Shown: positions 52,084-61,899 of the stretch, in pieces
Numbering within the stretch: the stretch's first letter is position 1
Layout: each line of letters starts with the position of its first letter
Assembly (NCBI RefSeq): GCF_037042905.1
Contig: NC_087251.1
Location: forward strand, 14,014,001 to 14,078,000
Origin: Lytechinus pictus
Taxonomy: Eukaryota
Direction of reading: 5' to 3'
Length of the DNA: 64,000 bases
The notes under the pieces: generated by a model
Told to the model about the DNA's origin: nothing
Seen by the model: only the letters and a program-made list of their open reading frames with translations
The model's database searches: none
Made by a program: the position numbers and the translations under genes

Positions 52084-54895
52084 GTATATATATATGTGTG
52101 TGTGTGTGCGTGTGTATAAAAGAACAATGGAAAACTCAATTGTGCCCCCCCCCACCTTTGAGGAGAGATTTCAGCACCCCCACTGAAAAAATCGTTCCCA
52201 GGTCCCTGCATCATAGCAATTCAATATGTAACATATAATATAAAAAAAGTAAAAATAGAATACATTATGTACTTACAGAGTGAATCAACAAGTATTATGG
52301 AATCATTACATCAAGTTATTCAGTGTAATTAGATGTATGAAAGTAAGAATTTTACAGTGTTTTTTAATGCATGGAGGGGCGTGCATTTTTGTAGGCCTAT
52401 ATCACAAGGGAGCGAATTAAATAAGACGGCAGCAAAATACTCAAAAAGTTTTTTTTTATTACCCGTCCTTGGGCAGGGTATTTGAAGGGGACATTGTTCA
52501 GAATATCGTGTTTTATAATTTACATATAACGTTTGCAGATAAGTGGTCCCAAATAGGCTGAGGCTAAATCGTTTTGTACACTCTTGAAACAACTCAGTCA
52601 AATTGAAAAGACCATCAGTCAGCTGGGTGCAGCTGATATGTCTAGTCACACTTCTGAATTATATTCCAGTCAGAAATAACTCTATTCAGGTAAAATACGA
52701 CTAGAAAATATTCAAATATGACAAGAATATTAGTTGCACCCAGCTGACCCTATTAACTGATCAATTTTGACTGATTTGTTTTATGGTGTATTTTGAAAGC
52801 AAGAATACAATATTGATAGTTGTTACTTTCTTCCACTGTTGCCATTTGAGTGTAGACAACAAACCATGTTGAGGAGTAACATAGTCCTTCTTCAATATTA
52901 TTCGGGAATACTTATTCTGCAGTTTTTGTATCTTATTTTTCTTGGTTTTTGCACAGCTTCTCCAAGTTGTACAACAATAATCAATGTAAGGTAAAATCAT
53001 GGAAAAATGTATAAGAATCCTAGGAGGAATTGTTTGATTCTCTTCATACTACATATCGTACGAGATATTTCAACAATGATACTAGATACATGTTCTCCCC
53101 ACATCATACCAGAGTCAAGTGTTACATCCAAGTATTTGATTATATTTACATTTTCTATGGGTTTTTCGATTAACTGGGAGATGGGGACAACAACAAAAAT
53201 ACATACTTACTCAAGCAGGAGATCAGTGCCAAGAGTGTACCAAAGAAAAACGGCCAAAATATTCCGACTCTGAAAACGAAATAACAGACAGTGACATCAT
53301 CCTTGATGGAAAGCAGCTATCTAGTTTATTTGGAATTAATAATTAATAATAAATAATAAGTAACAATTCATTTTGAAACCGTGCAGTTTTTTAAAACATT
53401 TATCGACAGTTTACTACCATGTTAAAAACGGGGATTTCAAATTTGTGAGAGGAGAATATACGGGTATCATCAACAAATAATAATGATACAAGTGATTTCT
53501 GGAGATGGTATTCAGAATAAACAAAACTTTAAGAAGTAAACCTCTTGATTCATTTCCTGTACGTCAACTAACTTTTCACTTTCCTGCTTTATATGTTTAC
53601 ATGTATATCTCTGCTAGGGACCCTTCTGTAAAACAGAGTTGAGTAAAACAACGCTGAGTAGGGAAATCCCTAGTCCTTTTTTATTGACCTTTTCTTTGTA
53701 ATTGTAAATATATATCATTGTTATTGTTTTTTAATTAATGGACAATAAATACAATACAATACAAAGAGAGCAATACATTATCTTAAACAAATGACATTGA
53801 CAAAAGTTCTGACAAATACAGATTTCAAGTAATATGTAATTACAAGCACGTGTATCATTGATTGGGTTGTCTTGTCCATATTTGTTGTGATAATGGTAAA
53901 TATAGAAATTAAAAATTCGTCCTAGATTGCAAAAGAGATAAAAATAAAGACAGTGGTGGACAGATGGGTGAGGGTCGTAGGGGCGATTGCCCGGCCCCCA
54001 TATTGTTAACGACCAAGACCAAAAAATAAGAGAAAAGGAAAGAAAACGAAAGAGAGGACGAAATGTGAGGTTACATTCTGAATATTATGTAAAAAAAAAA
54101 TTATCACCAAATTTGATTTTGTAATAAAAATCTTCCTCGCTCAAATCGCTTGGAAATTTTATTAATTTTGCCCAATACGTCATATCTGTACCTCCTCAAA
54201 ATTTTGGGCTCATTACGCCAATGGTTATATAGATAGTGGCCTAAGTGAGAAAGGTAGGGAGAGGAAGGAGAGAGAGAGGGGGAAAAGAAAAATGTGTGTG
54301 TGTGTGTGTGTTTAGAGGGGGAAGGGTTCACAGCAAGTAAAACTACTGAGATTAAATACTAGATTACTATTGCTTGCATTGTTTGAAATGAGATACCCCT
54401 TGAAAAAGGAGTCTCATGTATACTGTCGTTACGTAAATTGCATGTTTGTAAACCTTGACCTTTGCAACACTATTGAATTTTCCTTCACTGAAATAAGAGA
54501 AGATATTTCAGTAAATGTTTGGTGTGCGATTTACAATTTTGGGAGTTTACTGACTGATACATGCTCTCAATGTTTCCCGTCTTAAACTCACTTGTCGATG
54601 AGCCAACTCGCAGGGGCAGTCAGCAATATCCTCATCAGGAACTTTGTCGCCAGAAGTAACCCATTCTGGAAGCTGAGCCGTTCATGACAGTCTTGTAAGA
54701 GATCGAGGATGGGGTCGGCATTTGATCTGCTTACATTTGTGAACGTGAAATCCTGAGGTTTGTTGGAATAATGGATCTGTTGATATGTATGGCAATCAGA
54801 GAGGGTGAATAGTCCCGTCTGTGCTACATTCTGACACACAGTGCGGTACACCCTTGTGTAACAAAGATGGAGCAAGACCTCTGGAGCCACAGGAA
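17132..54895 (-). CDS. SLC18A: Vesicular amine transporter-like protein (SLC18A family, MFS); 13 coding exons found, N-terminal TM1 exon not located
   Basis: All exons are GT-AG and phase-compatible (1388 nt). The translation aligns nearly gap-free by eye with VMAT from TM2 onward: GLLLATK, SRAFHG, IGPTLGSVMY, APFL, LPIW, EWEIG, RW, GTVDS, FCLAYTIG, IGFKW. Confidence 0.92.
17714..17759 (-). CDS. SLC18A: SLC18A-like exon (GLLTSGAIVGFIGFK)
   Basis: atcatag / gtaagt; 46 nt; phase 1 to 2. Confidence 0.85.
18452..19630 (+). mobile_element. hAT MITE (1179 bp), copy A
   Basis: CAGTGGCGTA / TACGCCACTG TIRs; TSD AATGTGGA at 18444-18451 and 19631-19638. Confidence 0.92.
19736..19855 (-). CDS. SLC18A: SLC18A-like exon (GTVDSTLIGIMYRIVDVWHEGAQSSAAAVFVFEFCLAYTI)
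   Basis: tttgtag / gtaagt; 120 nt; symmetric phase 1-1. Confidence 0.9.
20042..20716. mobile_element. MITE with TAG-initiated TIRs and long inverted arms
   Basis: TAGTCCAGGATAG / CTATCCTGGACTA; inverted arms at ~20075-20135 and ~20612-20675; TSD not clear. Confidence 0.7.
20997..22181 (-). mobile_element. hAT MITE (1185 bp), copy B, inverted relative to copy A
   Basis: Same TIRs; whole length is reverse-complement homologous to 18452-19630; TSD degenerate (TTCGTGGA / TTGGTGAC). Confidence 0.9.
22575..24369 (+). mobile_element. Helentron-associated (HINE/pearl-like) element with an internal ~154-bp tandem array
   Basis: Subterminal inverted repeat TTGTCTTGCCTGC (22596-22608) / GCAGGCGAGACAA (24354-24366); 3' hairpin TGTCTCGC...GCGAGACA; (GAC)n microsatellite at 24276-24320; about 10 units, mostly 154-171 bp. 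Confidence 0.78.
24397..25499. mobile_element. hAT-like MITE (~1.1 kb)
   Basis: CAGGCGCGGATCCA / TGGATCCGCCCCTG ends with poly-G/C subterminal tracts; only a 5-bp TTTAT duplication is visible. Confidence 0.78.
26252..26315 (-). CDS. SLC18A: SLC18A-like exon (LPLCNMIWQLIPSMTLIGFGF)
   Basis: cccatag / gtaggt; 64 nt; phase 0 to 1. Confidence 0.87.
27023..27074 (-). CDS. SLC18A: SLC18A-like exon (RWRCMLIGSLAMAIGIAT)
   Basis: atcacag / gtaagt; 52 nt; phase 2 to 0. Confidence 0.88.
27600..27678 (-). CDS. SLC18A: SLC18A-like exon (GLIFVPTSAAHIVSGPLIGYWSKTLK)
   Basis: ttttcag / gtaatc; 79 nt; phase 1 to 2. Confidence 0.88.
27816..28658. mobile_element. hAT MITE (843 bp)
   Basis: CAGAAGCGTCGATC / GATCGACGCCCCTG; TSD ACTAAGCG at 27808-27815 and 28659-28666. 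Confidence 0.9.
28920..30030. repeat. Degenerate (CAT/CAC)n-rich minisatellite containing an internally palindromic MITE (~29403-29788)
   Basis: Recurring TGTCGACAT...CATCATCGTCATCATTAC units; the insert carries TTGGTCTAA/TTAGAC motifs in inverted arrangement. Confidence 0.6.
30064..30159 (-). CDS. SLC18A: SLC18A-like exon (VLAMTTTLGIAFTNATLPIWLKSSFKTPEWEI)
   Basis: ttttcag / gtaaaa; 96 nt; LPIW motif. Confidence 0.9.
30541..30712 (+). repeat. Minisatellite with CCCACAAATGTAATAA core (18-26-bp period), followed by ~110-bp TCTTTCCTCCAGACCCAG repeats to ~31380
   Basis: About 8 visible copies of the core. Confidence 0.8.
31420..31560. mobile_element. Small Harbinger-type MITE
   Basis: GGGAGCATTTCAT / ATGAAATGCTCCC; 3-bp CGG flanks. 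Confidence 0.7.
31679..32613. mobile_element. Kolobok-like MITE (935 bp)
   Basis: Perfect 16-bp TIR GGACGTTCCACAGTTA; TTAA TSD at 31675-31678 and 32614-32617. Confidence 0.85.
32850..33555 (-). mobile_element. Truncated hAT fragment of the same family as 3437-5029
   Basis: 33478-33555 is the reverse complement of the left end at 3437-3510. Confidence 0.65.
33620..33724 (-). CDS. SLC18A: SLC18A-like exon (VFTPMVMPVNVTVPVTESSPSAITLLMNPCTLLVS)
   Basis: cccacag / gttcgt; 105 nt; TLLMNP corresponds to VMAT TLLKDP. Confidence 0.82.
34460..34549 (-). CDS. SLC18A: SLC18A-like exon (IGPTLGSVMYGLISQSAPFLALSVIILASL)
   Basis: ctttgtag / gtatgt; 90 nt. Confidence 0.9.
35788..35883 (-). CDS. SLC18A: SLC18A-like exon (GIVYLAVRYQDDENLKGFVLGMVISSFAFGTL)
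   Basis: cttttag / gtaagt; 96 nt; matches VMAT Y.DDE..G region. Confidence 0.9.
36555..36950. repeat. ~153-bp tandem repeat, about 2.5 copies
   Basis: GTGTATTACGA.TTATGATATT..TGTGAGA.ATTACATTATGGTTGGGAGGC at ~36557 and ~36710. Confidence 0.75.
37454..38400. mobile_element. Degenerate hAT MITE related to 50089-52208
   Basis: CAGAGCCCTGG start, GCGAGCGCGAAGCGC internal repeats, inverted homology to 50550-52208. Confidence 0.55.
38445..39731. mobile_element. Tc1/mariner-type MITE (1287 bp)
   Basis: TIR CAGTGCGTATAAAAAAA, TA TSD on both sides, inverted arms of ~250 bp. Confidence 0.85.
39744..39827 (-). CDS. SLC18A: SLC18A-like exon (MIGFADSMTVLFLSRAFHGIAGTGIEIS)
   Basis: ttttacag / gtatac; 84 nt; TM4 motif R..xG. 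Confidence 0.88.
41942..43071 (+). repeat. Near-perfect 563-bp tandem duplication
   Basis: 41942-42504 is repeated at 42505-43067; TTCA junction microhomology; one substitution seen (GGAAAAC/GGACAAC). Confidence 0.95.
42858..44374. mobile_element. hAT non-autonomous element (1517 bp); left end duplicated at 42295
   Basis: CACTGGCGTAAATCC / GGATTTACGCCAGTG; TSD GGGATTGT at 42850-42857 and 44375-44382. Confidence 0.92.
44438..46485. mobile_element. Cluster of three related CCGAAT-rich Harbinger-like MITEs (~44438-45270, 45399-46033, 46039-46485)
   Basis: Shared AGGGTTACAC...AATTCTCCC termini and homologous interiors; the third copy is inverted; T/A-rich (TTA/TAA-like) flanks. Confidence 0.72.
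50089..52208. mobile_element. hAT non-autonomous element (2120 bp) containing a Kolobok-like insert (~50845-51442)
   Basis: CATGGACCTGGGAA / TTCCCAGGTCCCTG; TSD CATCATAG at 50081-50088 and 52209-52216; the insert ends GGAGTACCCCTTTAA. Confidence 0.88.
52329..53170 (-). pseudogene. Degraded 3' fragment of a CR1/L2-type LINE ORF2 (RT C-terminus)
   Basis: IKYLDVTLDSGMMWGEHV and ILPYIDYCCTTW...KIQKLQNKYSRIIL motifs with frameshifts; a small hairpin insert at ~52617-52748. Confidence 0.8.
53211..53269 (-). CDS. SLC18A: SLC18A-like exon (KVGIFWPFFFGTLLALISCL)
   Basis: ttttcag / gtaagt; 59 nt; phase 2 to 1. Confidence 0.88.
54592..54895 (-). CDS. SLC18A: SLC18A-like exon: end of TM1, luminal loop, TM2 (xPVAPEVLL...GLLLATKFLMRILLTAPASWLID)
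   Basis: Acceptor ttaatgcag, donor gtgagt; 304 nt; phase 1 to 2. Confidence 0.88.
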
Positions 54896-55424
54896 CTGCA
54901 TTAAGACAGAAGAGAAAACAACGTGAGCGCCTGAGCGGATTGGAAGCTCTTATGGAACCTCTGGAAACTGAGATTTCATGTCCAGAAATACGGGGTGGAT
55001 ATATTCTATAGTGATGTCATTGATCCTATAGTCTTAAAAATCTAAAGCAATATCAATATGTCAGAGGTAAGGCAAGTCTTTACAATTGTATTCATCAACT
55101 TCTTTATGAAGGATGTCTCCAATTTTTAAGCCAAGAAAAGGTCGACAATAAGACGACAAATAAATTCAATAATGGTATGTTATTTCACGAATTCAATTGT
55201 ATACACGGCAGCCAAATGGCTAAAAATTTTGCATGCTTACAAGAATTCTCCAACACATTACATTTCAAATTATGGAAGACAGTATAAAGATAATTACAGT
55301 AGCATGATACCATTATCCACATACAGACATTATGATGAAAATAAATTCCATAGTAAATTTGCACCTCTCGGGGTGTAAAATTGAATTCGAATTTCTTAGT
55401 GTGCACCAAGCATTGTACACTATA

Positions 55425-58400
55425 CAGCGTGTCCCACAAAATTTTAATGTCACTTTTATTGAGTATAATAGGCCAAGAGCATTAGGTTTAAAATCTAAAT
55501 TTTTGGTAACAAGCTGATTTTTTTTCAGGATAGGTCCTGGAATGTGTCCAGAATAACATTCTAAAAGTCCTCATAAATCCTCCGTGGGGGTTTTCTGTAA
55601 TCCAAGATGGCGTCCAAAATGGCCGCCATTCACAGAAAATGGGCATAACTCACTCATTATTCACTCTAGACATCAAATTTCAGTGCATATTTCATGGTTT
55701 AAAGAGGTAAAAAGATCTATTGATATAGGTTAGAGTGAAAATAAGCAGACCAAGGTACCTAAAAATCCAAGATGGCGTCCAAAATGGCTGCCAAAGCCTA
55801 AAAATCCACTATTCATCTATTACTTACTTTAATGTCTTTAATTTTGTTTCTATTTAATCGTTTTGGTCAAGTAATAAATTTGGACAAGTTACAAGGACAG
55901 TCAGTGGTCAAGTATATCCAAAATTCCAAGATGGCTTCCAAAAATTGAGTCTAAAATTGATGTTTTTACTTACAAATGGACAAAGGTCATTTGATATCTA
56001 CCTGAGATATATGATTTTGGTGTCTAAACCATGGTTTGAAAGGTCAAATAATACATTTGGACACGTTAAAAGGTCATTCAGTGGTTAAGTATGTCCAAAA
56101 AATCCAAGATGGTTTCCAAAAAAAGAGTCTAGATTGACTGCTGTTACTTAAAAATTATCATACTTCATTACAAATCCACCTGAGAGATGTGATTGTGGTG
56201 TCTTTACTATTGTTTTAAGTGTCAAAATAATACATAAGCACAAGTAGAAAGGACAATCAGAGGTCCAGTATGTCCAAAAATCGAAGACGGCTTCTAAAAA
56301 TGGAGTCTTAAATGGCTGCTGTTGCATACAAACTGACAAAGGTCATTTAATATCTGCATGGGATATACATGTAAGATTTTGGTGTCTAAACCATGGTTTG
56401 AAGGGTCAAAATAAAAGACAGTCAGTGGTCTAGTATGTCCTAAAATCCAAGATGGCTTCCAAAAATGGAGTCTAAATTGACCGCTGGTACTTAATAAATA
56501 TACATACTTTATTTGATATCTGCCTGTGAGGTATGATTTTGGTTTTTAAACCCATGGTCTAAAGAGCCAAATGAAACATTGGGACAACTTACAAGGACAG
56601 TCAGTGGTCCAGTATGTCCGAAAATCCAAGATGGCTTCCAACAATGGAGTCTAAAAATGGCTGATGTTTCTTACAAAATAACATATCCGCCTGAGAGATA
56701 ATATTTGGGAGTCTATACTATAGTTTCAAGTGTCAAATAATACTTTGGGACAGCTTATGATGATATGCAATTGTCCATTTTCCTTTATAATCCAAGATGG
56801 CTTCCAGTATGGCGTTTAACTCTCATCGCTTAAAAATAGTCATACTTAATATTCACCTGTGAGAAATAATTTTGTTTCTGCACTATGGTTTGAAATGTCA
56901 AATATATATTTAGGACAAGTCGATCGCATATTTCCATTATATGTGTAATTTGGTTCCCAAATTGAGCAAAAATGCCTGCTGTTACCTACTCCTAAATCCT
57001 TAAGATTACTTTTCCCAAATGTATTTAAGCGTAGACACCACAATTATTCCCCACATGAGGATATTGTATGAATAATGATCACTTTTTAAGTGATTGGAGT
57101 CATTTACACGCCATTTTAGTAAGCCATTTTGGATTTTTAGGAAACATGGACAACTGCATTATCATTGCTAACAATCCCAAAATATTATTTGACCCTTTAA
57201 ACCATGGTTTAGACACCAAAATCATATATATCAGGCAGAAATTCAATTAACTATGTCCATTTGTAAGTCTCAGAAGTCATTTTATTATTATCATTATTTG
57301 CTTTGGCGTCACCTGTGCCTGGGAGGCGAAAAGCAAACTGAATCGCTTCTCTGTAAAAACGCCGGTGTTAATTTAACACCAACCTGGTATCTATATCGGT
57401 CCACACCAGTGAGGTGTTGAAACAACACCAGATAAGAATCAAACCGATATTGGTTTAACATTAATTGGTGTTGCTTAAATGCCAAATAGGTGTTAGCCTA
57501 ACGCCAAAGGCTGTTGATTCAACACCTCTCTGGTGTGGTGACAGATATAGCTACCAGGCTGGTGTTAAACTAACACCGGTGTTTTTGCAGTGTATGATCC
57601 ACAAGTCTCTCCTCCGGATACAACTGATTTATACTCCATTTTTTTTAAATTACCTTGGATTTCTGAACATACTGGCCCATGGTCTAGACACCAAAAACAT
57701 ATTTCTTAGGTGTATATTAAACAAGTTGTCGATTTTTAAATAACAGTAACAAATCATTTATACACAATTTTTGGAAGCCATCTTGCAGTTTTTGGCATAT
57801 TTGACTACTGTCTGTCCTTTTAACTAGTCCAAATGTATTATTTGACCCTCTAAACCATGGTTTAAACACCAAAATCTTATCTCCCATGCAGATATTATAT
57901 GAACTTTGTCAATTTTTCAGTAACATCGGTCAATTTAGACTCCATTTTTTAAAACCATCTTGGATTTTTGGACATACCTGGCCACTGAATGTCCTTTAAC
58001 TTGTCCAAATGTATTATTTGACCTTCAAACCATGGTTGAGACACCAAAATTATATCTCTCAGGTGGATTTTTTGATGAAGTATGTCAATTTTTCAGTATC
58101 AGCGGTCAATTTAGACTCCATTTTTGGAAGCCATCTTGGATTTTTGGACATACCTGACCCCTGAATGTCCTTTTAACTTGTCCAAATGTATTATTTGACC
58201 TTTCAAACCATGGTTTAGACACCAAAATCATATCTCTCGGGGGGATTTTTTAATGAAGTATGTCAATTTTTCAGTAACAGCGGTCAATTTAGACTCCATT
58301 TTTGGAAGCAATCTTGGATTTTTGGCATACCTGACCATGGAATGTCCTTTAAACTTGTCCAAATGTATTATTTGACTTTTCAAACCATGGTTTAGACACC

Positions 58401-59036
58401 AAAATCATATATCTCAGGCAGATATTGAATGAGCTATGTCCGTTCGTAAGTAAAAACAGCAAATTTAGACTCCATTTTTTGAAGTCATCTTGGATTTTCG
58501 GACATACTTGACCACTGACTGTCCTTGTAACTTGTCCCAATTTATTACTTGACCATTAAAACCATTGAATAGAAACAAAATTAAAGACATTAAAGGAAGT
58601 AATAGATGAAGTATTCATTTTTTTAAATCAGACATGGAATTGATTGATTGGTTGATTATAGGCAAACTAGAGGACAAATACAAGGAAATTAATTCAAATA
58701 AATATTATTTAAACCTTAATCTCATCTTGATCTCATTTAATAATCAGAGGGGATGAATGAACAGGTCCTGAAAAGGGGAAATCCTTGCAGATTGACGCCC
58801 ATGGCTGTCAGTGAATATGCACCACTTAACATGCGTAAATAGATAACAATCTTGTTAGCTGAACCTGACTACACAATACAAAACTTGGATGAGAGTTTTC
58901 CTGATGTGTAATGAACAAATGCTTATATCTTTGTTACGATTGAATCATATCACATAAAACTGAATCCAGTGGTCGGAAATGATTAACGGGCGTAAATAGT
59001 ATTTTGTTGTATTCTAATATTTCGTGGGACACGCTG
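55425..59036. mobile_element. Tc1/mariner-type TIR pair enclosing a foldback array of ~180-bp repeats
   Basis: TA|CAGCGTGTCCCAC.AAAT ... ATTT.GTGGGACACGCTG|TA; forward units at 55810-56920 and reverse units at 57100-58612. Confidence 0.75.
57349..57592. mobile_element. Small palindromic MITE (CACTG/CACTA-like ends) inside the foldback
   Basis: CTGTAAAAACGCCGGTGTTA...TAACACCGGTGTTTTTGCAGTG. Confidence 0.7.
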
Positions 59037-59421
59037 TAGTGTTAGATCAACACCACTGGCGTATTAAAACACTTTCTATTTGATATTTTAACACTAGACC
59101 GGCCTATTAAGTGTCATGATCAAACTCCAAGGTGCATATTAAACCTGAGGGTGTATGATTCTCATGACACCGATTGATTCTACAAGCAATAGAGTGCAGA
59201 AGGTATAGCCTGTCCACCTGCAGGGATATAGCAAGGAAATGCTTTTGAAAAATAAAAACATAAAAAACGTGAAAATTGAAAGATTGTTAAAGTAAATTTA
59301 AAGCAGTGAGGAACACGGAGGAGAAAATGGGCAGACAACATGGGCATGGCCATTACCTCACACACCAACCTCGCTCCTTCCTCCTCATTGGTGGAAATGT
59401 CGAGGCACGTGACCACTTATG

Positions 59422-59566
59422 GGGCCCGTTGCAGAAAGACTTGCAATTTAACGTGACTCATAAAAAACTTGACTTTGACGTTGGCTTTAAACCAATGGGA
59501 TGCACGGTTAGTGACTTGCGTTGATTTTTAGTTGTTTTTAAACGCAACTCTTTCTCAAACAGGCCC
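59422..59566. mobile_element. Small Harbinger-type MITE
   Basis: GGGCCCGTTGCAGAAAG / CTTTCTCAAACAGGCCC. Confidence 0.6.
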
Positions 59567-61234
59567 TGGACGAGCATTATGTCCTCTAGAACATTCTGTG
59601 AAAATATTCAATCCGAATAAACAAATATCTATTTAGTCACTAGTTCTTGAGCTCAGAATCTATCATGAGCTGATGGTGCCTGGATTGAGCAGGACCCTGC
59701 ATAGGAACGATGTTTTAACTGGGGGTGCTGATGTAAATTTGACAAGCAAAATTTAAAAAAGTCCCTAAAAATGAAGGTAAGTTACTCTAGTGGTCCTGAA
59801 ATGTAATCGATTGGGAATAGAGTTATGTGATTATCGATGGGGTATGTGAAACAAAATATGGACTGATCTGTAATCGGATGACAGTGAAAATCATCACTCT
59901 CTCGATGCTTTTCATACCAGCCCTTCAATCAACCCTTGGCCAAGGCCTCGGTGTGATAGAAGGGCGGGTATGAAACGCACCTCGCGATGATAATTTACAC
60001 AGTCATCATCATGGGCTGTCAATATTTGTATAATATTGAGCGGCCCTACATGCATGGTACGGGACAAAAAAATTGATTCCTCGATTTTGACATTTCGAAA
60101 CAAGAATATATTTTTTGAGATAGTTTTTTTTGTACAATATGAAAATAAGATACAAGCATATTTTAAACCATTTCTCTTTATTTTCTCCCCCTCCTTTTTT
60201 TCTTAGTGGTATTTTTTAGGGCATAGCCCCAAACACCCCCATCTGTAGGCCAGTGCTATAGAAGGAACCCTTTGCACAAAGATTCACATTCAAACATTAA
60301 TCCAAGATCAATCACAAGCCATCAAAATGCCCGTTTCTAATTGGTTAAACATCAAGTTTTAGGCCTTTATATCAAAATCAAGACAAGACAAGACCTTTGA
60401 TTTATTCAACATGAAGAATCGTCTTCATTCATGTGGTGCACTGAAAAATAATTTGTAATGCTTTGATGAGATCATATTTTGCTAGTTGAAAGGATACACC
60501 CTTCGATTCGATACAAGCCTCTGCTTCCAGAGTTTTATACCTTCTCACATACACATAATTTAAATACTGTATTTATATTCACTGTTATGTACCTGTTCTT
60601 TACATGAAAAATGGAGTTCACTTTTAAAAATATACTTCGTAAAAATATATATAAAGCACCGTTTCCTAAATAATCCTGATGGAAACACATTAAATTAACG
60701 GATATTATATCATCCATCATCCATTCATAAACAAGCCAAGATCGTCATCGAAGCATTTCAAGTTACGCTCAGGTAATCACAGAAAGCTCTGAAAATGACA
60801 TTAGTTTGTAGGATTGATCACATGTCTCCATGTACAAATGAACATAAATAATTCATACTTGTGTTGATGAAAACAAAGGCTGTTCATTTATCTTCGATTT
60901 AACGTACAATTTGGTTTAGTTGTTTCATTCCATAAAAAAACAAAGTGAAATGTTTTAAGGACACATTAAAACACAGGTATATGACCTGCCATCATCCCAG
61001 CTAACAATTAGAAGCTTTCTGAACGTTCTTGAAACAGTCAAAGTTCGTCATTTGGACGTTTTTTCTAAACGGTTTCAGAATATCCGTTTGCGGAAGACTC
61101 GATATATTTAAACTTTTAAAAATAGACGTTTAGGATTTTCTAGATGTAAAAAACCCACGATAAAATACCTTTAACAAATTTTAGGGATCCTAAGAACCTT
61201 TTGAATATTACAGACCCTGTGAGCCTGCTTTTAA

Positions 61235-61827
61235 AGGACAAGTCCACCCCAACAAAAAGGTGATTTGACCAAATAGAGAAAAATCCAACAAACATAACAC
61301 TGAAAATTTCATCAAAATCGGATGTACAATAAGAAAGTTATGACATTTGAAAATTTTGCTTAATTTCACAAAACAGTTATATGCACATCCTGGTGGGTAT
61401 GCAAATGAGGAGACTGATGACGTCATCCACTCACTATTTCTTTTGTATTTTATTATATGAAATAGGGAATATTCTATTTTTCTCCTCATTGTCAAGTGAA
61501 ACAACGATTAATTCCTCCCTAAACATGTAAAATGAGCATTGTTTAATACGATATGATTCAGTCAAGTTGGTCCTCATTGTCAAATCTAAAAAAAATGAAA
61601 TATTGTATAATTCAAACAATAAAAAACAAAAGAAATAGTGAGTGAGGGACATCATCAACTTTCTCATTTGAGTTGTGCATATCACTGTCTTGTGAAAAAT
61701 AAGCAAAACTTTTAAGTGTCATAACTTTCTTATTTTACATCCGATTTTGATGAAATTTTCAGCGTTTCGCTAGTTTTATTTTTATCTATTTATTCAAATC
61801 AACATTTTTCCGGGGTGGACTTGACCT
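61235..61827. mobile_element. Kolobok-like MITE (593 bp)
   Basis: AGGACAAGTCCACCCC / GGGGTGGACTTGACCT; TTAA TSD at 61231-61234 and 61828-61831. Confidence 0.88.
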
Positions 61828-61899
61828 TTAACGTGATAGGTCATAAGCGGTCTGTCCAATGGTTGCTAAAAGCCACCGCCCACCCCCATATTATTATTG

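Noticed and set aside
53951..54225. Short hAT-like element near the 59-nt exon
   Set aside because: The ends are degenerate and there is no TSD, so boundaries cannot be supported.
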